DNA of 64,000 nt from an uncultured Pseudomonadales bacterium (GCA_964509075.1 CAZDWC010000002.1:320638-384637); one strand, 5' to 3'; counted from the first letter of the stretch, positions 20,190 through 30,294 are shown. Translations and numbers: made by a program. Notes: generated by a model not told the origin, from the letters alone.

Positions 20190-22744
20190 AAACCCTGGCT
20201 CTCGCGCACTGCCGAACCTTTGAAACTGCCGTTGAGATTGAAGCGCGCACTCAACGGCAGAGGATCCATAGCATCCGGCAAACCGTCGCTGTCATCATCG
20301 GCATCGACGGCATCGATTTGCCCGTCACCATCCGTATCCGTGCCATCGATGTAGCTGACACGATCAATCCACACCGCATCTTCACCGGCAGAAATACTGC
20401 CGTTTTTCCAGTATTCGAATTTTACCGTGTGCGTACCGGCGGCTACAGGAATCGCAACCGTTTGCCAGTCGTACACACCACTGCGTGACAGTTTGCCCAA
20501 GCCATCTAAGTAAATACGAAATGCATCGCTATTGGCTTCCGTGGATAACTTATAGTCAACATTGAAACTGCCAGGGTAAAACAGTGCCGTCATCTGAATT
20601 TGTGCTTTCTGGTTGTGCGTGATCACAGCCGTGCGCAAGCTCTTCGCCAAATGTGATGCATAACTACTGCTGACACTCCAGCCGGCATTCGCGCTGGCAG
20701 GCTTGCTCCAGTTAGCTGGCACACCGTTTTCAAAAGAGATGACCGTCAACAATTCAGGGCCGCTGCCGGCATTGACAGGGTCAGCGCCCAAGGCGATTTC
20801 AGCAACATCCGGCACACGATCATTGTCGTCATCTGCATCACATGCGTTGCCTTGTACATCACCATCTGTATTGAGTTGATCGACATTGGCTAGCCCGAGA
20901 CAATTATCCAGCGCAATACCGGCACTCGCCTGACAGGCAGCATCGCAGTTGCTGTTCCAGCTGTCTGCATAGCCGTCGGCATCGGCGTCAGCGGATACGA
21001 CAGGATTCAGCGGAAAACTGTCGGACGCATCCAGCACACCATCATTGTCGTCATCGCTATCACACACATCACCCGCAGCATCACTATCCGCATCCTGCTG
21101 GTTACCACCCAGACCCGGTGATAACGGGCAGTTGTCTGCAGTGTCAGCAACGCCGTCATTGTCATCATCCGTATCGGCATGGTTACCTGTGCCATCGTCA
21201 TCGGTATCGACAGACTCTGCCGCATCCAGCGGGAAAGCATCGGCGCCATCAGCAACACCGTCGCCATCATCATCGTTATCACAGACATCGCCGGCACTAT
21301 CAACATCGGTATCCGTCTGCACAGCACTCATACCTGGCGACAGAGGACAGTTATCGTCCGCATTAAGAACACCATCATTGTCATTGTCGGTATCTGCATG
21401 ATTGCCAATGCCATCACCATCCGTATCGACGCTCTCGCTGACATCCAGAGGAAAAATATCCTGCATATCCGGCACGCCGTCATTGTCGTCATCCAGATCA
21501 CAGACATCGCCTTCACTGTCGCCATCGGTATTGGTCTGGTCTGGCGAGGCGCCATAGGTCGTGGGGCAGTTGTCCGAAACATCCGTTACGCCGTCATTGT
21601 CATCATCGGCGTCTGTCGTGTTGGGAATGGCATCAAAATCGCTATCAACCGCAGGAACAAGTGATTCGATGTCGGCATCACTCAACACGGGAATGCTTTC
21701 ACCAAAATTTGCGTTTAGTGCTTTGATAACCTGATTGGCCAGTAACGCCTGGATTACCGTATTGGGATGCAGACCATCTTCTGCTGTGGCATGCGTGGCA
21801 TGTTGTGCGGTGGCACAGCTGCCCGTGGAAGTACACAGAATGGCGCTGGCACCCGGTGAACCTGCAGCCGCCAGATCACCCATTGCCGGCGAAAGTGAAG
21901 CTGCCGTATTGGTGATATGCAGCCCACCTACCGTCAGCGAGCCATCCGGGTTGCGGTGATGCGGATCCGAACCATCTACTGCCCACCCCCACAAATCCAC
22001 CATCGCGATAGTCTTGCCATTGGCGGCCCGCGCTGCCACCGCCTGTGCCAGATTGGCGTTGACCTGCTGCGCAGCTGCCGTGATGGCGACAGAGCGCGCA
22101 TCGGTAAACGCCTCGTCCCGCACATGCACGACCGCCACCAGCACCCGCACATTACCGGCAGCCAGTGCGGTATCCACCGCATTCAGGATGCCATTGGTCA
22201 CTTCCGTGACCATAAGAGGTAGATTGAGATCGGCCAGCGCAATGGGCGTGGCATTGCCAGACATATCGAGCCAATTGGTTCGGAAGTAAAAATCGTTGGC
22301 GCCAACACCGATAAATACCGTATCAACCTTGCCACTGCTGATATGACCAGCCAATCCAGCAGCCTGCGTGCTGGCATAATCCGAACCGAAAGCCGTAATG
22401 GACACACTGCCAAAGCCCGTGACATTCATTCTGGTCTGACTGGATGCCGCAGCACCGGATTTTGCCCAGTTGAATTCATAACCCGTATCCCGGGAGCCGC
22501 CCCAGTTATCCGTTGGCGATGGGCGATATGCGCCAAAGCTGACGTAGGCGCTGCGGGTTTCAGCCAATATCTGCACCCAGTTGTGTGCCGCAAGATCATT
22601 GGCCGCCTGATCGTTGGCTTTCAGGTATTCATCAGTGAGGCTGTCCCCCACCGCACCAAAATTCACCACAGCCTGGGCCTGCCCGGCCAGCAGCAACAGG
22701 GTCGCCAGAACCGGCAAACGCAGTATCCCTCTTGTTCGTTTCAT
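20186..22744 (-). CDS. Secreted multidomain protein: SGNH/GDSL hydrolase + thrombospondin type-3 (Ca-binding) repeats + C-terminal beta-rich domain
   Basis: Start taken at Met-70 of the ORF ([25 protein letters not shown], signal-peptide-like). GDSL block [12 protein letters not shown]. Many DxDxDGxxDxxD motifs with recurring DNCP. C-terminal about 150 aa beta-rich, then one more [19 protein letters not shown] motif. Confidence 0.75.
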   Translation of the reverse strand: MKRTRGILRLPVLATLLLLAGQAQAVVNFGAVGDSLTDEYLKANDQAANDLAAHNWVQILAETRSAYVSFGAYRPSPTDNWGGSRDTGYEFNWAKSGAAASSQTRMNVTGFGSVSITAFGSDYASTQAAGLAGHISSGKVDTVFIGVGANDFYFRTNWLDMSGNATPIALADLNLPLMVTEVTNGILNAVDTALAAGNVRVLVAVVHVRDEAFTDARSVAITAAAQQVNANLAQAVAARAANGKTIAMVDLWGWAVDGSDPHHRNPDGSLTVGGLHITNTAASLSPAMGDLAAAGSPGASAILCTSTGSCATAQHATHATAEDGLHPNTVIQALLANQVIKALNANFGESIPVLSDADIESLVPAVDSDFDAIPNTTDADDDNDGVTDVSDNCPTTYGASPDQTNTDGDSEGDVCDLDDDNDGVPDMQDIFPLDVSESVDTDGDGIGNHADTDNDNDGVLNADDNCPLSPGMSAVQTDTDVDSAGDVCDNDDDGDGVADGADAFPLDAAESVDTDDDGTGNHADTDDDNDGVADTADNCPLSPGLGGNQQDADSDAAGDVCDSDDDNDGVLDASDSFPLNPVVSADADADGYADSWNSNCDAACQASAGIALDNCLGLANVDQLNTDGDVQGNACDADDDNDRVPDVAEIALGADPVNAGSGPELLTVISFENGVPANWSKPASANAGWSVSSSYASHLAKSLRTAVITHNQKAQIQMTALFYPGSFNVDYKLSTEANSDAFRIYLDGLGKLSRSGVYDWQTVAIPVAAGTHTVKFEYWKNGSISAGEDAVWIDRVSYIDGTDTDGDGQIDAVDADDDSDGLPDAMDPLPLSARFNLNGSFKGSAVRESQGF
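20918..21574 (-). repeat. Three in-frame tandem modules of 73 codons (219 bp) encoding TSP3-type repeats
   Basis: DNCP recurs at ORF residues 460, 533 and 606 (a DNCL at 682). Each module reads about DNCPxxxG..Q(T/Q)DxDxDxxGDVCDxDDDxDGVxDxxDxFPLDxxESVDTDxDGxGNHADTDxDNDGV. Confidence 0.8.
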
Positions 22745-22891
22745 GTTCGCTGCCCTGTGATTGTTTGTTTTGGCTGCGTTTCTATACAGATTCCCGGAGG
22801 GCGTCAAGGCGGGAACTTCGACCAGCCCGACCAGCCGTTTTCCGCAGGCTGACCTACACTGTCTGTTACCGACCTTTGCCGGGGATAGCAG

Positions 22892-23503
22892 ATGAGAAAC
22901 AGCGGCGCGGAACTGACGGTGATGGCCACCAGCATCGCGGCAGAGCTGCATGCAGCCAAGATCGTGGCCCGGCAGCTGTCACTGGCTGCCAAGAACTCGC
23001 GCGCCGTGGTGATACGCGCCGGCAGCCGTGCTGCCAGCCTGAAGGTGATTTCCGATTTTTTTGATGACCTGGCCACCCGCACCATCAACACCGCCGAGTC
23101 CATCAACCAGCTTGCCATCGCCATCTCCACCAACTGCGTCACGGACTGGATGACCGACACTTTCCTGCAGAACCTGCTGAAAGCGCGTGAACAGTCACAG
23201 GATTCTCCCTATTTGTCCTCGCTGGAAAAGCCTCTCGCCCGTGCGCGTGAGGCGCGCCAGTTTCAGCTGGGCAACTACCAGAAACTGGTGATGAACCTGG
23301 CACTCAAGCTCGACGAGATCAAGCAGTTCATGAAAGCCGCCGGGGTCGTGGCGGTCACTTCCCGGCTCGAAGCGACACAGGCCGGCGAATTCGAAGCCGG
23401 TCTCACCGAAATGGCCAACAACATCCATGCACTGGCAAATCGGATAGGCGAACACGTCAACCGCGCCCGCAGCTTACTGGATGGTTACTCGGGCCTGCGT
23501 TGA
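22892..23503 (+). CDS. Small soluble protein with two degenerate MCP-signalling-tip-like segments
   Basis: 203 aa, no hydrophobic segment. Residues 28-66 (QLSLAAKNSRAVVIRAGSRAASLKVISDFFDDLATRT) align by eye to the MCP hairpin tip [34 protein letters not shown]. Residues 157-186 (SRLEATQAGEFEAGLTEMANNIHALANRI) are a second, weaker copy. Met-11 (22922) is an alternative start. Confidence 0.45.
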   Translation: MRNSGAELTVMATSIAAELHAAKIVARQLSLAAKNSRAVVIRAGSRAASLKVISDFFDDLATRTINTAESINQLAIAISTNCVTDWMTDTFLQNLLKAREQSQDSPYLSSLEKPLARAREARQFQLGNYQKLVMNLALKLDEIKQFMKAAGVVAVTSRLEATQAGEFEAGLTEMANNIHALANRIGEHVNRARSLLDGYSGLR

Positions 23504-23544
23504 ACCGCTAAAAAAATGTATTTGGAGCAGACAAGGAGACTTCC

Positions 23545-24303
23545 ATGAAAGCTGTCAGCCTCTACCGGGGATCCCACGAATGGGTTGTTTTCGGCCGCGA
23601 TCCGGCCAAGCCGGACAAGATCATCGACACCAACCAGTATCTGGTCAAAACCAGCACGCGCTGTCTGGTACTCGACCCCGGCGGCATGGAACTGTTTGCG
23701 CCGATGCTGGCGGCAGTACTGAAATACATTTCCATCGACCAGATCACCGATCTCTTTGCCTCGCACCAGGACCCGGATGTCATTTCATCGCTGGGATTAT
23801 GGGATCAGGTATTGCCCCATGCACGCCTGCATGCGCCGTGGATCTGGGAAGGTTTTCTGCGGCATTTCGGCATGAACCATATCGAATACGCAGCCATTCC
23901 GGATGAGGGCAGCACACTGGATCTCGGCGGCGCCGTGCTGCAGTTTGTGCCGGCGCACTACCTGCATTCATCAGGCAACTTTCATGTCTTTGATGCGCAG
24001 AGCGGCATCCTGTTTACTGGCGACATCGGCGCCGCGCTGGAACATGGTGATGTCGGCATGTTTGTCGAGGATTTCAACAGTCACACCAAACACATGACGC
24101 TGTTTCACCAGCGCTGGATGCCGTCAAATGACGCCAAGAATGACTGGGTAAACCGCGTACGCGCGCTCAAGCCGCGCATCCTGGCGCCACAGCACGGCCG
24201 CCTGTTTCGCGATGACGATGTGTGGCGTTTTCTCGACTGGTTTGAAGCGCTGGAAGTGGGCACCGGCCTGCGCAAATCGATTGTGCAGGACAAGGCCGCC
24301 TGA
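23545..24303 (+). CDS. Metallo-beta-lactamase-fold protein resembling the diiron domain of flavodiiron proteins / oxygen-binding diiron protein (ODP-like)
   Basis: 252 aa, AAGGAG RBS, 41 nt after the previous gene. TNQYLVKT..CLVLDPG then SHQDPDV (H74-x-D76-x-D78-V79), H141, D160, H217. Spacing closely parallels the H-x-E-x-D-H...H...D...H diiron ligand set of flavodiiron proteins. Confidence 0.6.
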   Translation: MKAVSLYRGSHEWVVFGRDPAKPDKIIDTNQYLVKTSTRCLVLDPGGMELFAPMLAAVLKYISIDQITDLFASHQDPDVISSLGLWDQVLPHARLHAPWIWEGFLRHFGMNHIEYAAIPDEGSTLDLGGAVLQFVPAHYLHSSGNFHVFDAQSGILFTGDIGAALEHGDVGMFVEDFNSHTKHMTLFHQRWMPSNDAKNDWVNRVRALKPRILAPQHGRLFRDDDVWRFLDWFEALEVGTGLRKSIVQDKAA

Positions 24304-24313
24304 CACGCGTTGA

Positions 24314-24688
24314 TCAGAACGGCTTCATCACCGCCAGCATGCCCATGCCGGCAAAACACGCCAGCGCCACCAATACACCCAGTGCGCGCTGCGCGTTATT
24401 CGTGCTCCACTTCAACACAAACAGACCGCAGCCGATGTAGGCGAGCAACAGGGCAATCTTGCCCAGCAACCACAGTTGCACGAACGGATTGATGCCGGCA
24501 ATGGCTGCCAGCGTGATGCCGCAAACCAGCAACAGTGTATCGTTCACATGCGGCAGAATTTTTACCGGTTTTTTGTCAAGCAAACCTGAGCCGGCAAATT
24601 TCAACGCTGCACGAGCCAGGAATCCGCATAAGGAAATGACGGCAAACAGCATGTGCAGGTGTTTGATCAGGGGATACAGTTCAGACAT
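24314..24688 (-). CDS. SirB2-family small membrane protein
   Basis: Start at internal Met (MSELYPLIKHLHMLFAVISL...). 124 aa, 4 hydrophobic helices. KILPHVNDTLLL and WLLGKIALLLAYIGCG match the remembered SirB2 pattern. The longer ORF to 24949 has no support. Confidence 0.75.
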   Translation of the reverse strand: MSELYPLIKHLHMLFAVISLCGFLARAALKFAGSGLLDKKPVKILPHVNDTLLLVCGITLAAIAGINPFVQLWLLGKIALLLAYIGCGLFVLKWSTNNAQRALGVLVALACFAGMGMLAVMKPF

Positions 24689-24745
24689 AACAACTCCAGA
24701 AAAACAGGCGCCGATATTGAGTAGAATGCCTGCCGACGCGCGCCA

Positions 24746-25711
24746 ATGTACACGCAGCCCCGCATGACAAACAAGCCTCACGCCATTTTCCTCATGGGCC
24801 CCACCGCGTCCGGCAAGACCGATCTCGCCGCTGAACTGGTGGCGCATCTGCCCTGTGAGATCATCAGCGTCGATTCGGCACTGGTCTATCGCGGCATGGA
24901 TATCGGCACCGCCAAGCCCGACGCCGACACGCTGGCGCGTGCACCGCACCGGCTGATCAGTTTTCTGGATCCGGCTGAAGCCTACTCCGCCGCACAGTTC
25001 CGCCAGGATGCGTTGCGCGAGATGGCAGACATCACCGCGCGCGGCCGCATCCCCCTGCTGGTGGGCGGCACCATGCTCTACTTCAAGGTACTACTGGAAG
25101 GCATTGCCGATTTGCCGGAAGCCGATCCCGCATTGCGCGCAACCCTGTCTGAAGAGGCAGGCAAGTTCGGCTGGCCCGCCATGCACGCCAGACTCGCAGC
25201 AGTTGATCCGGAAAGTGCGGCTCGCCTGCACCCGAACCATTCCCAACGCATCCTGCGCGCGCTCGAGGTACATGCCCTGACAGGCACAGCACTATCCATC
25301 CTGCAGCAACAACAGGTCCCGGAACCCCTAGCCTGGCAGATCACCCAGCTCGCCTTGATGCCGGAAGACCGGGAAGCGCTGAACCAGCGTATCGCACAAC
25401 GCTTTGACCGCATGCTGGCACAGGGCTTCGTCGATGAGGTGCAGGCACTCTATCAACGCGGCGACCTGTCGCCGGCGCTGCCGTCCATCCGCGCCGTCGG
25501 CTACCGGCAGGCCTGGGATTTCGTGGCCGGCCATAGCAACGCCACACAACTGCGCGAGACTGGCATCGCCGCCACCCGTCAGCTGGCCAAGCGCCAGTTG
25601 ACCTGGCTGCGCAGCTGGACAGGGCAGCAAACCGTGCTGTCGCCGGAACCTTTCGATCTGAAAAAAGTCACAGCGGCAAGCTTGAAAATGCTGGCAGCCG
25701 CCGGCATATAG
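24746..25711 (+). CDS. miaA: tRNA dimethylallyltransferase
   Basis: [14 protein letters not shown]-loop, [16 protein letters not shown]. Alternative start at Met-7 (24764). Confidence 0.95.
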   Translation: MYTQPRMTNKPHAIFLMGPTASGKTDLAAELVAHLPCEIISVDSALVYRGMDIGTAKPDADTLARAPHRLISFLDPAEAYSAAQFRQDALREMADITARGRIPLLVGGTMLYFKVLLEGIADLPEADPALRATLSEEAGKFGWPAMHARLAAVDPESAARLHPNHSQRILRALEVHALTGTALSILQQQQVPEPLAWQITQLALMPEDREALNQRIAQRFDRMLAQGFVDEVQALYQRGDLSPALPSIRAVGYRQAWDFVAGHSNATQLRETGIAATRQLAKRQLTWLRSWTGQQTVLSPEPFDLKKVTAASLKMLAAAGI

Positions 25712-25930
25712 AGACTGCGAAGCCGGTGTAACAGGTAGCAAGGTGAAATGCTTGACGTCAGTGTTTTCCCTACTGTGTTGCCCGGAAGTTCGTGCTATAC
25801 ATGTTGCCGGCTGTCTACCGTTTTGGCGGACGCCTTTTGATCCACTTTTAATGGCTCTACCAGACCTCCGCGCAAGCGGTTTTTTCACTCACTCTCAATG
25901 CTTAACTTACTCACTTTTAAGGAGACTTTT

Positions 25931-26248
25931 ATGTCCAGAGGGCAAAGCTTACAAGACCCTTACCTGAACGTTCTGCGCAAAGAACGCGTTCCGGTATCCA
26001 TCTATCTCGTCAACGGCATCAAGCTGCAAGGCCAGATCGATTCCTTCGACCAGTTTGTCGTACTGCTGAAAAACACTGTCAGCCAGATGGTTTACAAACA
26101 CGCCATCTCCACTGTCGTGCCTGCACGTCCTGTGCGTCTGCCCATGATGAACCCGACAGCACCAGCTGCAGGTGCCGCACCCGGCCAGGGCAACTACAAC
26201 CAGGGCGGTTATGACGACGATGACGGCTACAACGATCTGGGCAGCTGA
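25931..26248 (+). CDS. hfq: RNA chaperone Hfq
   Basis: ATG at 25931 preceded by [52 protein letters not shown] is near-canonical Hfq. Gly/Asn/Asp-rich tail. Confidence 0.97.
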   Translation: MSRGQSLQDPYLNVLRKERVPVSIYLVNGIKLQGQIDSFDQFVVLLKNTVSQMVYKHAISTVVPARPVRLPMMNPTAPAAGAAPGQGNYNQGGYDDDDGYNDLGS

Positions 26249-26286
26249 TGTCCTGTCGTTTTTTCCCTGTTTGAGACTGATTACTT

Positions 26287-27588
26287 TTGTTCTTTGACCG
26301 ACCCGAGTCCGGTGAACTGGCAGTGCTGGTTCACCTGGACCTCCACCGACCCCATACCCGAGACGATTTGCGCGAATTCGAAGAACTCGTGCTGTCTGCC
26401 GGCGGCGACCCTGTAGCCTTCATCAGCGGCTCACGCGCCGCGCCGGATGCCCGCCACTTTGTCGGCAAGGGCAAGCTGGAAGAAATTCACGACGCCGTGC
26501 GCGAACACGGCGCGCAGCTGGTCATCTTTGACCATGAGCTGTCACCCAGCCAGGAACGCAATCTGGAAAAGGCGTTGCAATGCCGCGTGCTTGATCGCAC
26601 CGGCCTGATCCTCGATATTTTCGCCCAGCGCGCCCGCACCCACGAGGGCAAGCTGCAAGTGGAGCTTGCACAGTTGCAACACATGGCTACGCGACTGGTG
26701 CGCGGCTGGACGCACCTTGAGCGCCAGAAAGGCGGTATCGGCATGCGCGGTCCTGGCGAAACCCAGCTGGAAACCGACAGACGCCTGTTGCGCCTGCGCA
26801 TCAAATCCATCCAGGCGCGACTGGAAAAAGTGCGCAGCCAGCGCGAACAGGGCCGGCGCGGCCGCACGCGCAGCGCCACGCCAACGGTATCGCTGGTCGG
26901 CTACACCAATGCCGGCAAGTCCACACTGTTCAATGCCATGACCCAGGCAGGGGTCTATGCCGCCAACCAGCTGTTTGCCACGCTGGATCCCACCATGCGC
27001 CGCATCGAATTGCCGGACACCGGCCCTGTGGTGCTGGCCGACACCGTAGGATTCATCCGCCATCTGCCTCACCAGCTGGTGGAGGCCTTCCGCAGCACAC
27101 TGGAAGAAGCCGCGCTGGCCGATTTGCTGCTGCATGTGATTGACGCCGCCAGCGACGAGCGGCCCGAGCAGATTTTCCAGGTCGAGGAAGTGCTGCAGGA
27201 AATTGGCGCTGCGCAAGTGCCGCGACTGGAAGTTTTCAACAAGATCGACCTGCTGGATTTCGAACCTCGCATCGAGCGCGACGATCAAGGGCACGCCATC
27301 CGCGTCTGGCTCTCTGCAAAAACCGGTGCCGGCCTCGATCTCTTGCAACAGGCACTGGACGAACATCTCGCCTCCGAACAGTTCACGGGGCAATTGCTGC
27401 TTAAGCCGCAGCAGGCGCGTTTACGGGCGCGCCTGTTTGCCCTGAACGGCATCACGCAGGAAACCTGTGATGGCGAAGGCAACCAGCACATTCATGTGCG
27501 ACTGGCACACAAAGACTGGCAGCGCCTGCTCGCTTCCGAACAGTTGCGAGCAGAAGACCTGCTAGAATCCGCACCCACGCAAATCTGA
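26287..27588 (+). CDS. hflX: GTPase HflX
   Basis: 433 aa, TTG start. GYTNAGKST G1 motif, DTVGF, NKIDL. Conserved miaA-hfq-hflX-hflK-hflC order. Confidence 0.95.
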   Translation: MFFDRPESGELAVLVHLDLHRPHTRDDLREFEELVLSAGGDPVAFISGSRAAPDARHFVGKGKLEEIHDAVREHGAQLVIFDHELSPSQERNLEKALQCRVLDRTGLILDIFAQRARTHEGKLQVELAQLQHMATRLVRGWTHLERQKGGIGMRGPGETQLETDRRLLRLRIKSIQARLEKVRSQREQGRRGRTRSATPTVSLVGYTNAGKSTLFNAMTQAGVYAANQLFATLDPTMRRIELPDTGPVVLADTVGFIRHLPHQLVEAFRSTLEEAALADLLLHVIDAASDERPEQIFQVEEVLQEIGAAQVPRLEVFNKIDLLDFEPRIERDDQGHAIRVWLSAKTGAGLDLLQQALDEHLASEQFTGQLLLKPQQARLRARLFALNGITQETCDGEGNQHIHVRLAHKDWQRLLASEQLRAEDLLESAPTQI

Positions 27589-27608
27589 AACCTATTCCGG
27601 AGACACTG

Positions 27609-28754
27609 ATGGCCTGGAACGAGCCTGGCAACAATCAACCTGGCAAACCGGGAGGCAACCCCTGGGGCGGCCCGCCGCGCGGCAACAAGAACGAGATACA
27701 GGAAATGCTCGACAAACTCGGCGACCTGTTTGGCGGCGGCGATGACCTGCCGACTGGCAAGCTGGCGCTGTTGCTCGGCGCGGGTTTGCTGCTGCTGTGG
27801 GGATTGCTGGGCCTGTACCAGCTCGATGAACAGAAACGCGCTGTCATCCTGCGCCTCGGTGCCTACAAGGAAATCGTTGGCCCCGGTGTGCACTGGAACC
27901 CACCATTCATCGACAAGGTGATCAAGGAAAATGTCACCCAGCAACGCTCCTACACCTCGCAAGGGCTGATGCTGACCGAAGATATCAATATCGTCGATAT
28001 CAAATTGTCGGTGCAGTACAACATCGGCGATCTCAAGAAATTCACATTGGGCATCCGCGATCCGGAACGCGCACTGGCGGAAGCGACCGACAGTGCACTG
28101 CGCCACGCCGTCGGCAGCTCCAAGATGGATGATGTGCTGACGACCGGCATCGACAAGATCGCCGGCGATGTGCGCGTGCGTTTGCAGCAATATCTGGATG
28201 CCTATCAAACCGGCATTATTGTTACCACCATCAACATCGAGAAGCCGCAACCACCCTCTGCCGTGCAGGCAGCGTTTGATGACGTGATCAAGGCGCGTGA
28301 AGATGAACAGCGTGTGCAAAACGAAGCGCAAGCCTATGCCAACGGCATCATTCCGGAATCACGCGGACTCGCCACACGCATCAATCAAGAAGCCATTGCC
28401 TACCGCGACCGCGCCATCGCCCGCGCAAAAGGTGAAGCCGCACGCTTTGAGGCGCTGCTGACGGAATACCGCAAGGCGCCGGAAGTGACACGCAAGCGTC
28501 TTTACATGGAAGCCGTTGAGCTGGTGATGTCGAACAACAGCAAGGTACTGGTGGATGTCGAGCACGGCAACAACATGATGTACCTGCCGCTGGACAAACT
28601 TGCCACGCGCACGGCAAGTAGCAATGCTGCGCCAACTGGCTTGAGTCAGGCTGACCTCGACAGCATCAGCAACAAGCTACAGGAAAAAATGCGCGACGAC
28701 ACACAAAACCAGAGCCGCCCGGATTCGGGTCGCCGCCGCGGGGAGAATCGCTGA
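27609..28754 (+). CDS. hflK: FtsH protease modulator HflK
   Basis: 381 aa. MAWNEPGNN...PWG N-terminus, single TM, SPFH/band-7 domain. Confidence 0.95.
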   Translation: MAWNEPGNNQPGKPGGNPWGGPPRGNKNEIQEMLDKLGDLFGGGDDLPTGKLALLLGAGLLLLWGLLGLYQLDEQKRAVILRLGAYKEIVGPGVHWNPPFIDKVIKENVTQQRSYTSQGLMLTEDINIVDIKLSVQYNIGDLKKFTLGIRDPERALAEATDSALRHAVGSSKMDDVLTTGIDKIAGDVRVRLQQYLDAYQTGIIVTTINIEKPQPPSAVQAAFDDVIKAREDEQRVQNEAQAYANGIIPESRGLATRINQEAIAYRDRAIARAKGEAARFEALLTEYRKAPEVTRKRLYMEAVELVMSNNSKVLVDVEHGNNMMYLPLDKLATRTASSNAAPTGLSQADLDSISNKLQEKMRDDTQNQSRPDSGRRRGENR

Positions 28755-29632
28755 TGAACAGACTGGGCAATATTTTCCTGACACTGATGTTCACGGCCTG
28801 GCTTGGCGGCCAGTTTGTCTTCGTGGTCAATGAATATGAAAAAGTGGTGTTGCTGGAATTCGGCAAACTGGAGCGCAGCAACATCGCTCCCGGCATTCAT
28901 TTCAAATGGCCGATGATTGATCAGGTGCGACGCTTCGACAGCCGTATACTGACGCTGGATACACGTCCCGAGCGCTACCCGACGGTCGAGAAAAAATCCG
29001 TCATTGTCGACCTGTATGCTCACTGGCGTATTGTCGATGTCGCGCACTACTACACGGCAACCGGCGGCGATGAGACACGCGCGGAACTGCTGATTTCCCA
29101 GCGCATCAATTCCGGTCTGCGCGACCAGTTCGGCGTGCGCACCCTCAACGAAGTGGTGGCGGGCGAACGCGACAAGTTGATGGTCGACATGCGCGACAAA
29201 CTCAGCGCCAGCACACGCAGTGAACTCGGCATTGAAGTAGTGGATGTGCGCGTCAAACGCATAGACCTGCCGGACGAAGTGAGCAGCAATGTCTATGACC
29301 GCATGAATTCCGAACGTGCGCAGGAAGCCCGCAAGCACCGCTCCGAAGGTCAGGAAATCGCGGAAGGCATACGCGCAGGCGCTGATCGGCAGAAAATCGT
29401 CATCGAAGCCGAAGCCTATCGCGAGGCCGAAAAACTGCGTGGCGAAGGCGATGCGGAGTCGGCCAATATTTATGCTGCGGCCTACAGCAAGGATCCTGAT
29501 TTCTACGCCTTTACCCGCAGCCTGCAGGCATACAAGGCCAGCATGGATGGCAAGGGTGACCTGCTGGTGCTGGATCCCGGCAGCGAATTCTTCCGCTACC
29601 TGAAATCTGCAGATGGCAAGGCGACCAAATAA
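28754..29632 (+). CDS. hflC: FtsH protease modulator HflC
   Basis: 292 aa. Start overlaps the hflK stop. SPFH domain (VVDVRVKRIDLPDEVS). Confidence 0.95.
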   Translation: MNRLGNIFLTLMFTAWLGGQFVFVVNEYEKVVLLEFGKLERSNIAPGIHFKWPMIDQVRRFDSRILTLDTRPERYPTVEKKSVIVDLYAHWRIVDVAHYYTATGGDETRAELLISQRINSGLRDQFGVRTLNEVVAGERDKLMVDMRDKLSASTRSELGIEVVDVRVKRIDLPDEVSSNVYDRMNSERAQEARKHRSEGQEIAEGIRAGADRQKIVIEAEAYREAEKLRGEGDAESANIYAAAYSKDPDFYAFTRSLQAYKASMDGKGDLLVLDPGSEFFRYLKSADGKATK

Positions 29633-30266
29633 GCTGGCGCTGCTGCTAGGCTTGCTGGTCTGGCAGCGTGTCGCGTTTGCCATGCCGGATGTGCAGGTCA
29701 ACGGCCTGCTGCCGAATCAGGTCGTTGTCACCATCGACGGCCAGCAGCGCATTCTCAAGGCAGGCAAGACCAGCCCGGAAGGTGTGACGCTGGTCAGTGC
29801 TGACAGCAAGCAGGCCAGTTTCAGCTGGCAAGGCCAGTCTTTCCAGCGCAGCCTCAACAAGAACATCACCAGCCAATTCAGCCCGCCCCCTGCACAAGAC
29901 AGCGTGCGCATCGAGCGCGGTCAAAACGGCCACTTTTTCGCACAAGGCTTTATCAATGGCCGTCCGACGCGGTTTCTGGTGGATACCGGCGCCTTTACCG
30001 TCGCCATGGACATGAACGAAGCTGACCGCCTGGGTATCGACTGGCGCAGCGGCAAACGTTTCATGGCAGGTACCGCCGGTGGCGGCACACCCGGCTATGA
30101 AGTCATGCTCAACAGCGTGACGATCGGAGCCATTACGCTGAACAACATCAAAGGCGCCGTGCTGGTCGCCGACAGCAACACCGAAGTACTGCTGGGGATG
30201 TCGTTTCTGCAGCTGACCGAAATGCGCGAGGAAGACAACGTTCTGATCCTCCGCAAGAAATACTGA
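29613..30266 (+). CDS. Retropepsin-like (clan AA, TIGR02281-type) aspartic protease with N-terminal signal/anchor
   Basis: 217 aa. [12 protein letters not shown] active-site DTG motif, LLGMSFL flap-like motif, hydrophobic N-terminus. Overlaps the hflC 3' end by 20 nt. Confidence 0.75.
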   Translation: MARRPNKLALLLGLLVWQRVAFAMPDVQVNGLLPNQVVVTIDGQQRILKAGKTSPEGVTLVSADSKQASFSWQGQSFQRSLNKNITSQFSPPPAQDSVRIERGQNGHFFAQGFINGRPTRFLVDTGAFTVAMDMNEADRLGIDWRSGKRFMAGTAGGGTPGYEVMLNSVTIGAITLNNIKGAVLVADSNTEVLLGMSFLQLTEMREEDNVLILRKKY

Positions 30267-30294
30267 TCTGCGCGCAAGCGCAAGCACTGTTACA

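Noticed and set aside
20804-21616. Periodic DNA repeats that might look like a CRISPR or VNTR array
   Set aside because: The period is 219 bp and the repeats are in frame, encoding TSP3 calcium-binding modules of one long ORF. There is no spacer-repeat structure.
22804-23160. 118-aa minus-strand ORF overlapping the start of the MCP-tip-like gene
   Set aside because: It has no RBS or motif support and overlaps a plus-strand ORF with better coding features. It also lies upstream of the chosen signal-peptide start of the TSP3 protein.
25868-25885. CCGC-GCAA-GCGG-T6 mini-hairpin between miaA and hfq, as a possible terminator or attenuator
   Set aside because: The stem is only 4 bp. That is too weak to call without energy calculation or 3'-end data. 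hfq is normally also transcribed from promoters within miaA.
28646-29701. 351-aa ORF antisense to hflC (and 27492..28331 antisense to hflK)
   Set aside because: It lies opposite unmistakable HflK/HflC coding sequence and has no motifs. Antisense-frame artefact.
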